This document shows, one piece after another, positions 38,680-50,296 of a stretch of 64,000 nucleotides of DNA. Under the pieces are notes generated by a model. The model was not told the origin of the DNA and searched no databases. It saw nothing but the letters and a program-made list of their open reading frames with translations. Both the position numbers and the translations under genes were made by a program. Every line of letters starts with the position of its first letter. The first letter of the stretch is position 1. The stretch is from Planctomycetota bacterium (GTDB lineage Bacteria; Planctomycetota; B15-G4; SIAN01): NCBI GenBank assembly GCA_031409275.1, contig JANNXA010000014.1, positions 32,001 to 96,000 of the forward strand, read 5' to 3'.

Positions 38680-38711
38680 AGCCGGAGGCGAGGCGCTCCC
38701 CGCCTCCGGCT
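38680..38711 (-). terminator. Hairpin at the stop of 38710-39081
   Basis: agccggaggcg...cgcctccggct. Confidence 0.45.
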
Positions 38712-39081
38712 AGCGGCCGGTGACGAGGTCCACTTGCAGCGACGCCGGCGCGTCGGCCGGCAGCGCGAAGGACGCGGTCGCGCGGCGTGCACGGCGACGC
38801 GGGCTTCGATCGAACGGCAGCGTGGTCAGCGGCGCGCGCGCGATCTCGACGCGTCGACCGCTTTCATCGATCGCGCTCAACACCGCGATGCCGCGCGCCG
38901 CCGAGAAGTCGCGGTCGGCGCGAACCCGCATCGACAGGCGGTCGGCCTGGCGCGAGACCTGCTCGACGACCAGGCCGCGAGCGGTCGTCAGGGCGGAGCC
39001 TGCATCGCTCGCAGTCGGCGCGGCGACCGCGGCCGTCGTCGAGACGAGGGCGAAGGCTAGGGCGAGGAGCGGCCGAGTCAA
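38710..39081 (-). CDS. Small secreted hypothetical protein
   Basis: TTG start with GGAG RBS; signal peptide (TRPLLALAFALVSTTAAVA); beta-rich body. Confidence 0.55.
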   Translation of the reverse strand: MTRPLLALAFALVSTTAAVAAPTASDAGSALTTARGLVVEQVSRQADRLSMRVRADRDFSAARGIAVLSAIDESGRRVEIARAPLTTLPFDRSPRRRARRATASFALPADAPASLQVDLVTGR

Positions 39082-39303
39082 GGGAGCTCTCCGTGGGGAG
39101 GGAGGGACCGGGGGGCAAGCGACTGGACCGCGACGCGTCACCCTTACCGTGCGCGCCGAGGCCGGCCACCCGATCGGACGAACTTTCCGTGGAAAGCGAG
39201 CGCCGCATCCCTCAAGACCCCCGGGAATTCGGCTCCCCCTTGGCCGTCGAACGGGGTCGTGGTTCAATCGCGCGCCCCCCAACCGAATCGGACGATCGTC
39301 CCC

Positions 39304-39678
39304 ATGGCTGCCCCCTCGTCGCTCCACGAACCCGCCGGCACGAACCTCCTCGGCGAGGCGCTCGGCGACTCGCGCCAGAAGTTCCGCCAGCTCGTCGGCT
39401 CGCTCGACGCCATCGTCGCCAGCGGCCGCCTCGAAGAGGGGCGTGCCCACCTCCACAAGCTCGTCGCGATGCAGACCGAGCTCCATCGAATGCTGAACCC
39501 GCGCGACCGCGTCGATGCCACCTCGCTCGCCCAGATCGATCGCGATGTGGCGCGCCTGCAGAAGGCGCTTGCCAAGGGGGTCGCTGGCGCGGTCGGCAAG
39601 GGGATCCTCGCGGTGGCGGTGGCCGGAGTGCTCGGCGTCGCGGCGCTGCTCTTCCTGATGTGGAAGTTCATCGCCTGA
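39304..39678 (+). CDS. Hypothetical helical protein with C-terminal TM anchor
   Basis: Coiled-coil-like N-part, hydrophobic C-terminus. Confidence 0.6.
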   Translation: MAAPSSLHEPAGTNLLGEALGDSRQKFRQLVGSLDAIVASGRLEEGRAHLHKLVAMQTELHRMLNPRDRVDATSLAQIDRDVARLQKALAKGVAGAVGKGILAVAVAGVLGVAALLFLMWKFIA

Positions 39679-39714
39679 TGGCGCTCGTCGCGCGGCGCCT
39701 CACCGTGCGGCCGC

Positions 39715-41991
<2,277 letters not shown>

Positions 41992-42046
41992 CGCAGGAGA
42001 CGAAGGACGCGCGCCGCCGGGAGCGGTGACGCGTCGCGTGGTCGGT

Positions 42047-42358
42047 TCAAGCGCCCGCCGGACGCACCGGCTCGGCGCATCGACATGGGACACCCGTGCA
42101 GCGCGGGCAGCCGGCGCCGTACTTCGCGCGCGCAGCCGCCTCGAGGTCGACGCCCGCGATGCTGGCCAGCGTCGAGAGCCACGCCAGCACGTCGGCGAAC
42201 TCCTCTTCGAGCGGCTTGCCGCGCACGTTGCGGCGCAAGGCGCGCGAGAGCTCGCCGACCTCCTCGGTGAACCACATGAACGTCCCTTCGAGGCCGCGAT
42301 GGCGATCCTTGGCGCCGAAGGTCGCGTCGATCAGGCGCTGGAACTCGGCGACCGTCAT
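42047..42358 (-). CDS. MazG-like nucleotide pyrophosphohydrolase
   Basis: EEVGEL...EEEFADVLAWL; C-terminal CPRCTGVPCRC. Confidence 0.85.
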   Translation of the reverse strand: MTVAEFQRLIDATFGAKDRHRGLEGTFMWFTEEVGELSRALRRNVRGKPLEEEFADVLAWLSTLASIAGVDLEAAARAKYGAGCPRCTGVPCRCAEPVRPAGA

Positions 42359-44055
42359 GCCGTTCCCCCGCCGCCGCGTCGCAGGGTGAGGAACGTCACG
42401 TCGTCGACTGCCTCGGTGCCGGCCCGGTGGTGCTCGATCGCGGCGAGTGTCGCGTTCACGAAGTCGCCGGCGGCGCGCGCTGCAACCTGCGCGAACAGGC
42501 GATGGGCCGCCGCTTCGCCGAGCTCCTTACCGGAGGCATCCTTGATATCGAACAGCGCGCGAGTGCACAGCAGCACGCGCTCGCCGACGGGCAGCTCGAG
42601 CTCCTTGTCCTTGATCGTGCGATCGAAGATCGGCCCCTTGTCGAAGCCGAGCGCGATGCCGTCGCCGTGGAACGGCTCGGCGGCGGCCGCGCCGACCTTC
42701 ACCCGCAGCAGCGGCGTGTGACCGGCGTTCGCCACCACCAGCCGTCCGCCGGCTGGCTCGACCCGCACCAGCAGCGCCGAGACGTACATGCCGCGGCGCA
42801 GGTCGGGCGCGAGCAGGCGGTTCATGCGACGCAACAGCTCGGCCGGTGAGGTCTCGGCTCCGGCCAACGCCTTCAGGAGCGAGCGGGCCATGGTGACGAC
42901 GATGGCGCCTGGGACACCGCCACCCGACGCCGAGACGACGGCGACTAGCTTGGCGCCGCCCGCCATGTCGGAGACGTCGTAGAAGTCGCCCGCGATCTTT
43001 CCTGCGGGGCGCGCAGCAGCGCCGCACTCGAAGCCCGGCACGGCCGGCAGCTTCTCCGGCAAGAGCGCGGCCTGCACTTCACGCGCAACCTCGATCTGAT
43101 GCGCCTGCGCGGCCTGCTGCTTCTGCATGTCCTGCAGGCCAAGCAGGCTCTGCGTCATGCGATCGAAGGTGCGCGCGAGCACGCCGACCTCGTCCGAGCT
43201 GTGCGCGTGGGTGCGATGCTCGAGATCGCCCGCGGCCACCGTCTCGATGTCCTCGGCGAGCTGCTGGATCGGTCGCGTGATGCGCTGCGCCAGCAGCCAC
43301 GACACCAGCACGCCGATGCCGAGGAAGACGAACGTCAGCAGGAGCATGCTCATGAGCACTCGGCTCAGGCTCTCCCCGATCTTCTCGGCCGACAGTGCCA
43401 CGACGGCCTTGGCGGCAACCTTGCCGTCCTGGTCCTTCACGTCGGCGGCGTAGATGCGCGCCTGGGTCCGCCGCTGCTTGTCGGTGCCCGCGTTGGCAAG
43501 GTAGGCGCCTTCCTGGATCAGCACCTCGGCGAAGCTCCGCGACGTGGTCTGCTCGAACGAGATCGCCGAGTCGCCGTTGATCACCTTCTTCATCGCGGCA
43601 TCGAGGATGACGACGTCGAGCAGCTTGGTGCCGCTCGCTTCGACGAGCTCACGAAGTCGGCGCCGATTGAGCGCGCTGCGCTTCTCGTACTGCGCCTTCT
43701 GCTCCTTCTCGAGCGTCACCTGGCCGAGCCCGCCCTCGTCGCGCGCCTTGGCCCCTTTGCCCTCGAGCGCGGTCTCGTGGAACGGCTCCCAGCAGTTGGC
43801 ATCGACCGCGGCGAGCGCGCGCACCGCCTGCACGCCGGTGGCGTCGATCTCGTCGGAGAGGATCCCGGCGAGGATCCGGTAGAGGATCAGGCCGAAGACG
43901 ATCAGCGATGCGGCGACGGTGGCGGCGGTGGCACCGGAGAACTGGGCGGCAACGCCGAGCCCTGACGCGCGTGGTCGTCCGCCCGCCGGAAGGAGCGCGC
44001 TCGATTCGTCGCGCTCGGGCGCGGCGCGCTTGCGGCGAGGTTTGGTGCGACCCAT
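42355..44055 (-). CDS. Membrane sensor with HAMP and SpoIIE/PP2C-type phosphatase domain (degenerate active site)
   Basis: Two TM segments; HAMP (ITRPI...DEVGVLARTFDRM); AREVQAALLP, GDFYD, NAGH, DDVT. Confidence 0.85.
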   Translation of the reverse strand: MGRTKPRRKRAAPERDESSALLPAGGRPRASGLGVAAQFSGATAATVAASLIVFGLILYRILAGILSDEIDATGVQAVRALAAVDANCWEPFHETALEGKGAKARDEGGLGQVTLEKEQKAQYEKRSALNRRRLRELVEASGTKLLDVVILDAAMKKVINGDSAISFEQTTSRSFAEVLIQEGAYLANAGTDKQRRTQARIYAADVKDQDGKVAAKAVVALSAEKIGESLSRVLMSMLLLTFVFLGIGVLVSWLLAQRITRPIQQLAEDIETVAAGDLEHRTHAHSSDEVGVLARTFDRMTQSLLGLQDMQKQQAAQAHQIEVAREVQAALLPEKLPAVPGFECGAAARPAGKIAGDFYDVSDMAGGAKLVAVVSASGGGVPGAIVVTMARSLLKALAGAETSPAELLRRMNRLLAPDLRRGMYVSALLVRVEPAGGRLVVANAGHTPLLRVKVGAAAAEPFHGDGIALGFDKGPIFDRTIKDKELELPVGERVLLCTRALFDIKDASGKELGEAAAHRLFAQVAARAAGDFVNATLAAIEHHRAGTEAVDDVTFLTLRRGGGGTA

Positions 44056-44068
44056 CGAGGCGCCTCCG

Positions 44069-44611
44069 TCACGGCCACTGCAACCACTCGCGGACGATCC
44101 AGACCAGCGCAAACGCGTAGATCCCCGCGACGACGTCGTCGAGCATGATGCCCGCCCCTTTCGGCAGGAACTCGAGCTGACGAGCGGGCCACGGCTTCAC
44201 GACGTCGAACAAGCGGAACGCGAAGAAGGCGAGCGTCAGTTCGCGCCACTCCGGGACGCCTTCCTTCAGCCGCAAGACCGCGACGAGGTAGCCGAGCACC
44301 TCATCGAGCACGAACGGCTTGGGATCCTTGAAGCCGTAATAGCGCTCCGCCCAGCCCCCGAGTGCCATTCCGATCAGCAGCACGACGGCGCCGGCGATCG
44401 CCGCAGCCAGGCCGAAGTGCCAGCCCCACCGCGGGACTGCAACGTGACCGATCAGCAGCGCGAGCACGACGCCACCCAGCGTCCCGAAGGTCCCGGACGC
44501 AACCGGCGCATAACCCAGCCCGAGACTCGAGATGAGGGCGGCGCGAACGCGGTCGAGCGGACCGGGCGGCGGACGCGGTGATCCGCCACCGTGCACTTGG
44601 CGTTGCGTCAC
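44069..44611 (-). CDS. pgpA: Phosphatidylglycerophosphatase A
   Basis: APVASGTFGT, KDPKPFVLDEVLG, FRLFDVVKPWP, GIMLDDVVAG. Confidence 0.92.
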   Translation of the reverse strand: MTQRQVHGGGSPRPPPGPLDRVRAALISSLGLGYAPVASGTFGTLGGVVLALLIGHVAVPRWGWHFGLAAAIAGAVVLLIGMALGGWAERYYGFKDPKPFVLDEVLGYLVAVLRLKEGVPEWRELTLAFFAFRLFDVVKPWPARQLEFLPKGAGIMLDDVVAGIYAFALVWIVREWLQWP

Positions 44612-45213
44612 AACCCCTCCCTCAAGTGGATCGCCGCTTTGCGGATGTAGCCGTAGCCACTCCAGACGGTGATCAACAGCGTCAACCAGATCAGCACGAC
44701 CGCCGACCACCACACCATCCGCGGCAGCGCGGGGTAGCGGTCAGCACAGCCGTCGTCGACGATGCGAAACAGCATCACCATCGGGATGGCGACGCACTGC
44801 ACGATCATCTTGACCTTGCCGGCGGGGTCGGCGCCGAAGTCGTGCCCCTTGCGTTCCATGTAGCCGCGCAGCGCGGTGACGATGAACTCGCGGCAGAGGA
44901 TCGCCACCACGATCCAGGGCGGCACGATCGAACGCCCCCAGCTGATCGCCGACAGGAAGACCAGCGACCCGCACACGATCACCTTGTCGGCCGCCGGATC
45001 GGCGATGCGGCCGAAGTCGCTCACCTGGCCCAGTTTGCGGGCGTAGTAGCCGTCGAGCGCGTCGGTCGCCGTGATCAGGATGAAGAGAGCGCAGCATGCG
45101 GAGGCAAGCACCCAGCCCGGCAGCGGGTCACCGCGGCCGAGCAGGTCGAGCAGAACGAACAGAACGACCGCGAGCGCCAGCCGTCCCGTCGTGATCTTGT
45201 TGGCGAGCGTCAC
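44608..45213 (-). CDS. pgsA: CDP-diacylglycerol--glycerol-3-phosphate 3-phosphatidyltransferase
   Basis: LANKIT..R, DALDGYYAR...G...DPAADK, REFIVTALR, GKVKMIVQ. Confidence 0.9.
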   Translation of the reverse strand: MTLANKITTGRLALAVVLFVLLDLLGRGDPLPGWVLASACCALFILITATDALDGYYARKLGQVSDFGRIADPAADKVIVCGSLVFLSAISWGRSIVPPWIVVAILCREFIVTALRGYMERKGHDFGADPAGKVKMIVQCVAIPMVMLFRIVDDGCADRYPALPRMVWWSAVVLIWLTLLITVWSGYGYIRKAAIHLREGL

Positions 45214-45238
45214 GGCTTGGCGGACGCGCCTCAGGGGA

Positions 45239-47218
45239 TCACCCCTGCAGGCGCTTCTCCCAATCGGAGCGGGTGACTTTCACGGCGCGTGCGAGCGAAC
45301 CCGAGTACGGCGCCACGTAGCCGTCCTTCTCGAGCCGCTCGAAGACGCGCGCCGCCGAGTAGTAGGTGATGCCAAGCTCGCGCTGCAGCTTCGAGAGCGA
45401 GACGCTTTCGAGCTCGAGCAGCATCGACACGGCGCGGTGCAGCAGTTCGCGCTCGTCGTCGGGCAGGTCGCGGAAGAGATGCGGCGGGAGCGCCGCGAGC
45501 GGGGCCGCGAGCGGAGCGACGGTCGGAGCGACCGGCGCCGACGGCAACGCGACGGACTCGACGTCAAGGTCGGGAAGAGCGGAGACGGTGGGCACGGCAG
45601 GAAGTGCGGGCGCGACGTCTTGCGTCGCGCCGGTCACGAACTCGACGGCGGCGGGAGTCGGATCGAGGAGCGCCGACGACTGCGGAGCCGGTTGCGTGGA
45701 CGAGCTCTCGTCGTCGTCCCACTTGCCGTCATCTTCGTCGTCATCATCGGCGACGTCTTCGTCGTCTTCGTCCTCGTCTTCTTCTTCGTCGTCCTCGTCG
45801 TCCTCATCCTCGGGATCGTCGTCGTCGTCCTCGTCGTCGTCCCACTCCTCTTCCTTTTCCTCTTCTTCCTTCTCTTCCTTGTCGCCTTCTTCCTCTTCCT
45901 CTTCCCACTCCTCTTCGTCTTCGCCCTCTTCGTCAGGCTCGGCGCCCGGCTCTTCCTCGCCCTCTTCGTCGGGTTCCTTGTCAGGATCCTCGGCGGGCTC
46001 TTCCGCGGGCTCGTCGTCCTCTTCCTTCTTTCGGCGCGGTGCGAGCGTCTCATCGGTCGGCGCCAAGGGAGCGTCGGGCGCCACCGCAGCCGAATCCTGC
46101 GTCACCGCAGTTGGACCATCGAGCAGCGCCGTGGCAGCGGACGGCGTTTCCGAAACGAGCGCCTCGAGGTCGCGATCTTGATCCAGCACTTGATCCAGCA
46201 CGGGAAGGTCCTTTTGTTCAGGTTCCGGCGAAGCCCCCGCTTCGAGCGACGGCTTCGGCTCTTCCAACGCAGCGTCCGGTCGCACGTCGGCAGGAGCCGC
46301 AGCAGGCGGCAGCGCTTCCGAGCGGCTTGCGCCCTCCGCGAGCGAGGTGTTATGCGTCGCCTCCGCCTCGTTGTCCACCGGCAAGACGCCGCCACTTTCC
46401 AACGTCGACTCCGGCACTTCCTCCTTCACGATCTCGACGTGGGCGCGAGGACGGAATCGATCCCACTGCGTCGACGGCGGCGCAAGGTCGCTGGCCGACG
46501 GCTCCGTGTCATCAACCTCGACTTCGATCGATGCCGGCGGCCCTTCGATCGCGGCGGGTGACGTTTCGATCGGGGCCTGCGCCACTTCCATCGCTGCGGC
46601 GACGATCGCGGCGCTTTCCTGCACTTGCACCGGCGGTGGCGCACTCGGCGCGACCTCCGTCGCCATGGCGCGCGGCGCCGGCGGCGCGAGCGTCGCACTT
46701 GCGGAGTGCATCAGGTTCGCGGCGGCGGCCTGCGCGCGCTGTCGCGCGGCGGCGGCCTGCGTTGCGCGCACCGCGGCCCGCTCCGAGGACGCCCTCGCGA
46801 GGCGTCCCTCGACCCCCGCCAGGAGGGGTGCGAACGGGAGCAGTGGAAGCCAGTCGATCGCCACCAGCAGTCCGAGCACCGAACAGGCGGCCAGGAGCGC
46901 GCCCACCAGATTGAGCAGCAGCGGCGATCCCGCCATCTGCTCCATCAGCGTCTGCTGCGCCGCGAATCCGAGGTAGCCCGCATCGAGTTCCCACGCGGCG
47001 GCGCGCGACGGATGGAGTCCGAGCCACAGCGCCGAGCCCGCGATGAAGGCGAGCCCGCCCAGGATTCGCCAGGGGAAGCGCGCGGTGCGGATGCCCAGCA
47101 GCGCCAGGAACAGCCAGATTCCGACCAGCAGCACCAGGCACCCCTGCGCCCAACCGCCCACGCGATCCGCGAGGCTCGTTTCGAGCCCGGCGGCCGCAAT
47201 CGCTGCAATGCACGTCAT
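45239..47218 (-). CDS. FtsK-like protein lacking the motor: TM domain, disordered/acidic linker, FtsK gamma domain
   Basis: N-terminal TM segments similar to those of the adjacent FtsK; C-terminal SVSLSKLQRELGITYYSAARVFERLEKDGYVAPYSGSLARAV; no Walker motifs. Confidence 0.8.
   Translation of the reverse strand: MTCIAAIAAAGLETSLADRVGGWAQGCLVLLVGIWLFLALLGIRTARFPWRILGGLAFIAGSALWLGLHPSRAAAWELDAGYLGFAAQQTLMEQMAGSPLLLNLVGALLAACSVLGLLVAIDWLPLLPFAPLLAGVEGRLARASSERAAVRATQAAAARQRAQAAAANLMHSASATLAPPAPRAMATEVAPSAPPPVQVQESAAIVAAAMEVAQAPIETSPAAIEGPPASIEVEVDDTEPSASDLAPPSTQWDRFRPRAHVEIVKEEVPESTLESGGVLPVDNEAEATHNTSLAEGASRSEALPPAAAPADVRPDAALEEPKPSLEAGASPEPEQKDLPVLDQVLDQDRDLEALVSETPSAATALLDGPTAVTQDSAAVAPDAPLAPTDETLAPRRKKEEDDEPAEEPAEDPDKEPDEEGEEEPGAEPDEEGEDEEEWEEEEEEGDKEEKEEEEKEEEWDDDEDDDDDPEDEDDEDDEEEDEDEDDEDVADDDDEDDGKWDDDESSSTQPAPQSSALLDPTPAAVEFVTGATQDVAPALPAVPTVSALPDLDVESVALPSAPVAPTVAPLAAPLAALPPHLFRDLPDDERELLHRAVSMLLELESVSLSKLQRELGITYYSAARVFERLEKDGYVAPYSGSLARAVKVTRSDWEKRLQG
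45708..46026 (-). repeat. Low-complexity Asp/Glu-coding tract
   Basis: tcg/tcc/tct-rich stretch encoding about 100 aa that are mostly E and D. Confidence 0.85.
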
Positions 47219-50169
47219 GCCTTCGCCTCCTCGTCCACTTCATCATCGTCGAACGGATCCGGTCTCTCGTCGCCGGCCAACGCCAGATCGCTCCCGGCAG
47301 CCGCACCCTCGTCGTCACCCCGCAGTTCGGACGGTTTCACTCCGCGCGTGGCGCGCTGCTCGCCGCGCCGCGTCTCCAGTTCCTCGAGACTCGTGCAGAG
47401 TACTTCGCGCGCCTGACTGCCCTTGAAATCACCGAGCAGCCCGTCGTTCGCCATCAGGTCGATCAGCCGCGACGCTCGCGTGTATCCGATCGCGAAGCGT
47501 CGTTGCAGCAACGATGCCGAACCGCGCTGCGTCTCCACCACGAACTTTGCCGCGTCATCGAAGAGATCGTCGATCTCGGACGGATCCTTGTCCGAACTGC
47601 TGCGTTTCTGGACCAGTTCGCGCGAATACTGCGGCGGCCCCTGGTCCGCCAGGAAATCGACGACGCCGCGGATCTCCTGGTCGGTGACGAAACAGCCCTG
47701 GACGCGCGACAGGTCGGCGGTCCCGGGCGGCACGTAAAGCATGTCGCCCTGGCCGAGCAGCTTGTCGGCGCCGTTCTGGTCGAGGATGACGCGCGAGTCG
47801 ATCTTGCTGGTGACGCGGAACGCGATGCGCGTCGGCAGGTTGGCCTTGATGAGGCCGGTGATGACGTTGGTCGACGGCCGCTGCGTGGCGAGGATGACGT
47901 GGATCCCGACCGCACGCGACTTCTGCGCGAGTCGGGTGATCGACTGCTCGACGTCCTTGCCGTGGACCAGCATCAGGTCGGCGAGCTCGTCCATGACGAT
48001 GACGATGAACGGCAGCGTCGTCTCGAAGTCGGCGGAGAACTCGTCGCCGAGCCGACGCTTGACCTCGTCGTCGCCGAGCTTGTTGTACGCATAGATGTTG
48101 CGCACCTCGACCTTGTGGAGCAGCGCATAGCGCTCCTCCATCTTCTCGACGGCCCACTCGAGGATGCCGGCGGCGCGCTTCATGTCGGTGACGACCGGGC
48201 ACATGAGGTGCGGGACGTTCTGGAACGAGGAGAGCTCGACCATCTTCGGATCGATCAGGATCAGCTTCACCTGCTCGGGCGTGCGCGAGAAGAGGATCGA
48301 CATGATCAGCGTGTTGAGGCAGACCGACTTGCCCGAGCCGGTCGAGCCGGCGACGAGCAGGTGCGGCATCTTCGCGAGGTCCTCGATGCGCGGGGCGCCG
48401 CTCGAGTCCTTGCCGAGGCAGATCGGGATCGCGTACTTCGCCGGGTTGTAGCCCGGCCATTGCAGAAGCTCGGACATGCGCACCACGGCGCGCGCATCGT
48501 TCGGGATCTCGATGCCGGCCGTCGACTTGTTGGGGATCGGCGCCACGATGCGCACGCTCTGCGCCGCGAGCGCCATCGCGAGGTCATCTTCGAGGGCGCG
48601 CAGCCGGGTCAGCTTGGTGCCCGGAGCCAGTTCGACCTCGAGCATCGTGATGGCGGGGCCACGCTGCACGCCCACCACCTTGGCGTCGACCTTGAACGAC
48701 TTGAGCGCGGTGGTGAGCTTGCGCGCCGCCTCCTCGGTGAACTTGATGAAGTCGCCGCCGCTGTCGCGCTCTGGCGGATCGAGCAAGTCAAACGAGGGGA
48801 ATTGGTAGGGCACCCGGCTGCGCTCGGGGGGCGCGGACGGAAGCGGAACCACCGCCGGAAGCGACGCCGGTGCGAGCGGCTTCGCGGAGCGCCTCGACGC
48901 GGCCTCGGCGAGCGCCGCGATGTCGACTTCGGGCGCGGCCGGAGCGACGTCTGCCGCCGCGGCGACGGCTGCGTCCGCGTCCGCTTCGACCGCGTCGACG
49001 GCCCCATTCGCGGCCGCCGCTGGCAGCGCAGGCTTCTTGGCGGTGACGCTCTTCAGCTTCGCCGCGAGCTTGCTGCGCAGCGTCGGCTTCGGCTCGCGAG
49101 CGGGCTCAACGTCCACCGCCGGCGCCTCGAGCTTCTCGCCATCGAGATCGACTTCGTCGCGCTCGGCGATGGGCGAAGCGACGATCGCGCGCAGGGGATC
49201 GGCATCGGCTGCGTTGGCGGCGGACTCCTCGTCGCGCTCGGCGTCTTCTTCGTCTTGTGCCTCGTCTTCGCGACGGAAGATCGAGGACGCCGGCTTGACC
49301 GCAGCGGCGGGCTTGGCCACCGCCGGCGCGGTCCACTCATCGTCGAGCGGCTCGGCAATCTCCTCTTCGGGCGCGACGGTGTCACTCTCCATCGCGGCGT
49401 CGACCGCCGACGCGAGCCGCTTCGACCCCTTCTTCCCCTTCTTCGCGGGCGCGGCATCCGAAAGCGCGCGTTCGAGCTCCGCGTCGAGTTCCTCGTTCGA
49501 GACATCGGGCGCGACTCCGCGCCCACGCGCCACCGCCGGGTCCTCGAGGTCGATCGCCGGCGCAACACCGCTGCGGCTCAGCGAACGACGACGCTCGGCC
49601 AGTCCGCTTCCAACGACGACGGCCGGTTCACCGTTGCCGCGCCGCGCCTCGATCCACGCCACCAAACGAGAGAACGACCGCGAGTAGAGCAGGTCGGCAT
49701 AGAGCACGAACGTGATCAGCAGCAGCAGCACCAGCACGATGCGACCGCCGAGAACGCCAAGCCCGCTGTCCATCTTGAGCAGCGCGGCGAGCCAGATGCC
49801 GAACTCGCCACCGGCATCGGGGATGCGCGGACTGAAGGCGCCGAGCAGTTCATGCAGGACCGCAGCGAGCACCGGCATGAAGAGGACGATGCCGAGCGCG
49901 CGCAGCGCGATGGGGCGCGTCGGCAATCGGCCGAACAGGCGCGCGCCTTCGCCGATCAGCGCGATCGGGATGAGGTAGGCGGCGTACCCCAGATGGCCGA
50001 GCAGCCCGCGCGCGACCCACTGGCCGAAGTCGCCGCAGACGTTGTGCCACTGGACCGCTCCGGTGGCAGGGCCGACGTCCTCGACGTAGGACGACATCGC
50101 GGCCAGCAGGAACGTCCCTGCGCCGAACCAGATCAGACTCGACAGCTCTTTCGTCCGCTCGCTCGCCAC
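47215..50169 (-). CDS. ftsK: DNA translocase FtsK
   Basis: 4TM N-domain, long linker, PHLLVAGSTGSGKS, IDPKMVEL, DELADLM, ATQRPS, GADKLLGQGDML, gamma domain SASLLQRRFAIGYTRA. Confidence 0.96.
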   Translation of the reverse strand: MASERTKELSSLIWFGAGTFLLAAMSSYVEDVGPATGAVQWHNVCGDFGQWVARGLLGHLGYAAYLIPIALIGEGARLFGRLPTRPIALRALGIVLFMPVLAAVLHELLGAFSPRIPDAGGEFGIWLAALLKMDSGLGVLGGRIVLVLLLLITFVLYADLLYSRSFSRLVAWIEARRGNGEPAVVVGSGLAERRRSLSRSGVAPAIDLEDPAVARGRGVAPDVSNEELDAELERALSDAAPAKKGKKGSKRLASAVDAAMESDTVAPEEEIAEPLDDEWTAPAVAKPAAAVKPASSIFRREDEAQDEEDAERDEESAANAADADPLRAIVASPIAERDEVDLDGEKLEAPAVDVEPAREPKPTLRSKLAAKLKSVTAKKPALPAAAANGAVDAVEADADAAVAAAADVAPAAPEVDIAALAEAASRRSAKPLAPASLPAVVPLPSAPPERSRVPYQFPSFDLLDPPERDSGGDFIKFTEEAARKLTTALKSFKVDAKVVGVQRGPAITMLEVELAPGTKLTRLRALEDDLAMALAAQSVRIVAPIPNKSTAGIEIPNDARAVVRMSELLQWPGYNPAKYAIPICLGKDSSGAPRIEDLAKMPHLLVAGSTGSGKSVCLNTLIMSILFSRTPEQVKLILIDPKMVELSSFQNVPHLMCPVVTDMKRAAGILEWAVEKMEERYALLHKVEVRNIYAYNKLGDDEVKRRLGDEFSADFETTLPFIVIVMDELADLMLVHGKDVEQSITRLAQKSRAVGIHVILATQRPSTNVITGLIKANLPTRIAFRVTSKIDSRVILDQNGADKLLGQGDMLYVPPGTADLSRVQGCFVTDQEIRGVVDFLADQGPPQYSRELVQKRSSSDKDPSEIDDLFDDAAKFVVETQRGSASLLQRRFAIGYTRASRLIDLMANDGLLGDFKGSQAREVLCTSLEELETRRGEQRATRGVKPSELRGDDEGAAAGSDLALAGDERPDPFDDDEVDEEAKA

Positions 50170-50296
50170 GGATGGACTCGCAGCGAACGGCCTCCTGAAG
50201 CGGGGACACACTGCCCCCCTCCCCGGGCCGCCCAACCGCGCGGGAGTCTACGCACGCCCCGGCGCAAGTGAAGCGGTCGATCGAGAGGTGGCTGAC

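Noticed and set aside
45366..46181. Serine-rich plus-strand ORF
   Set aside because: Antisense read of the Asp/Glu tract
47503..50271. Long antisense ORFs (also 21413-24088, 39976-42270, 8869-11025 and others)
   Set aside because: Shadow ORFs of real genes caused by high GC; no recognisable motifs
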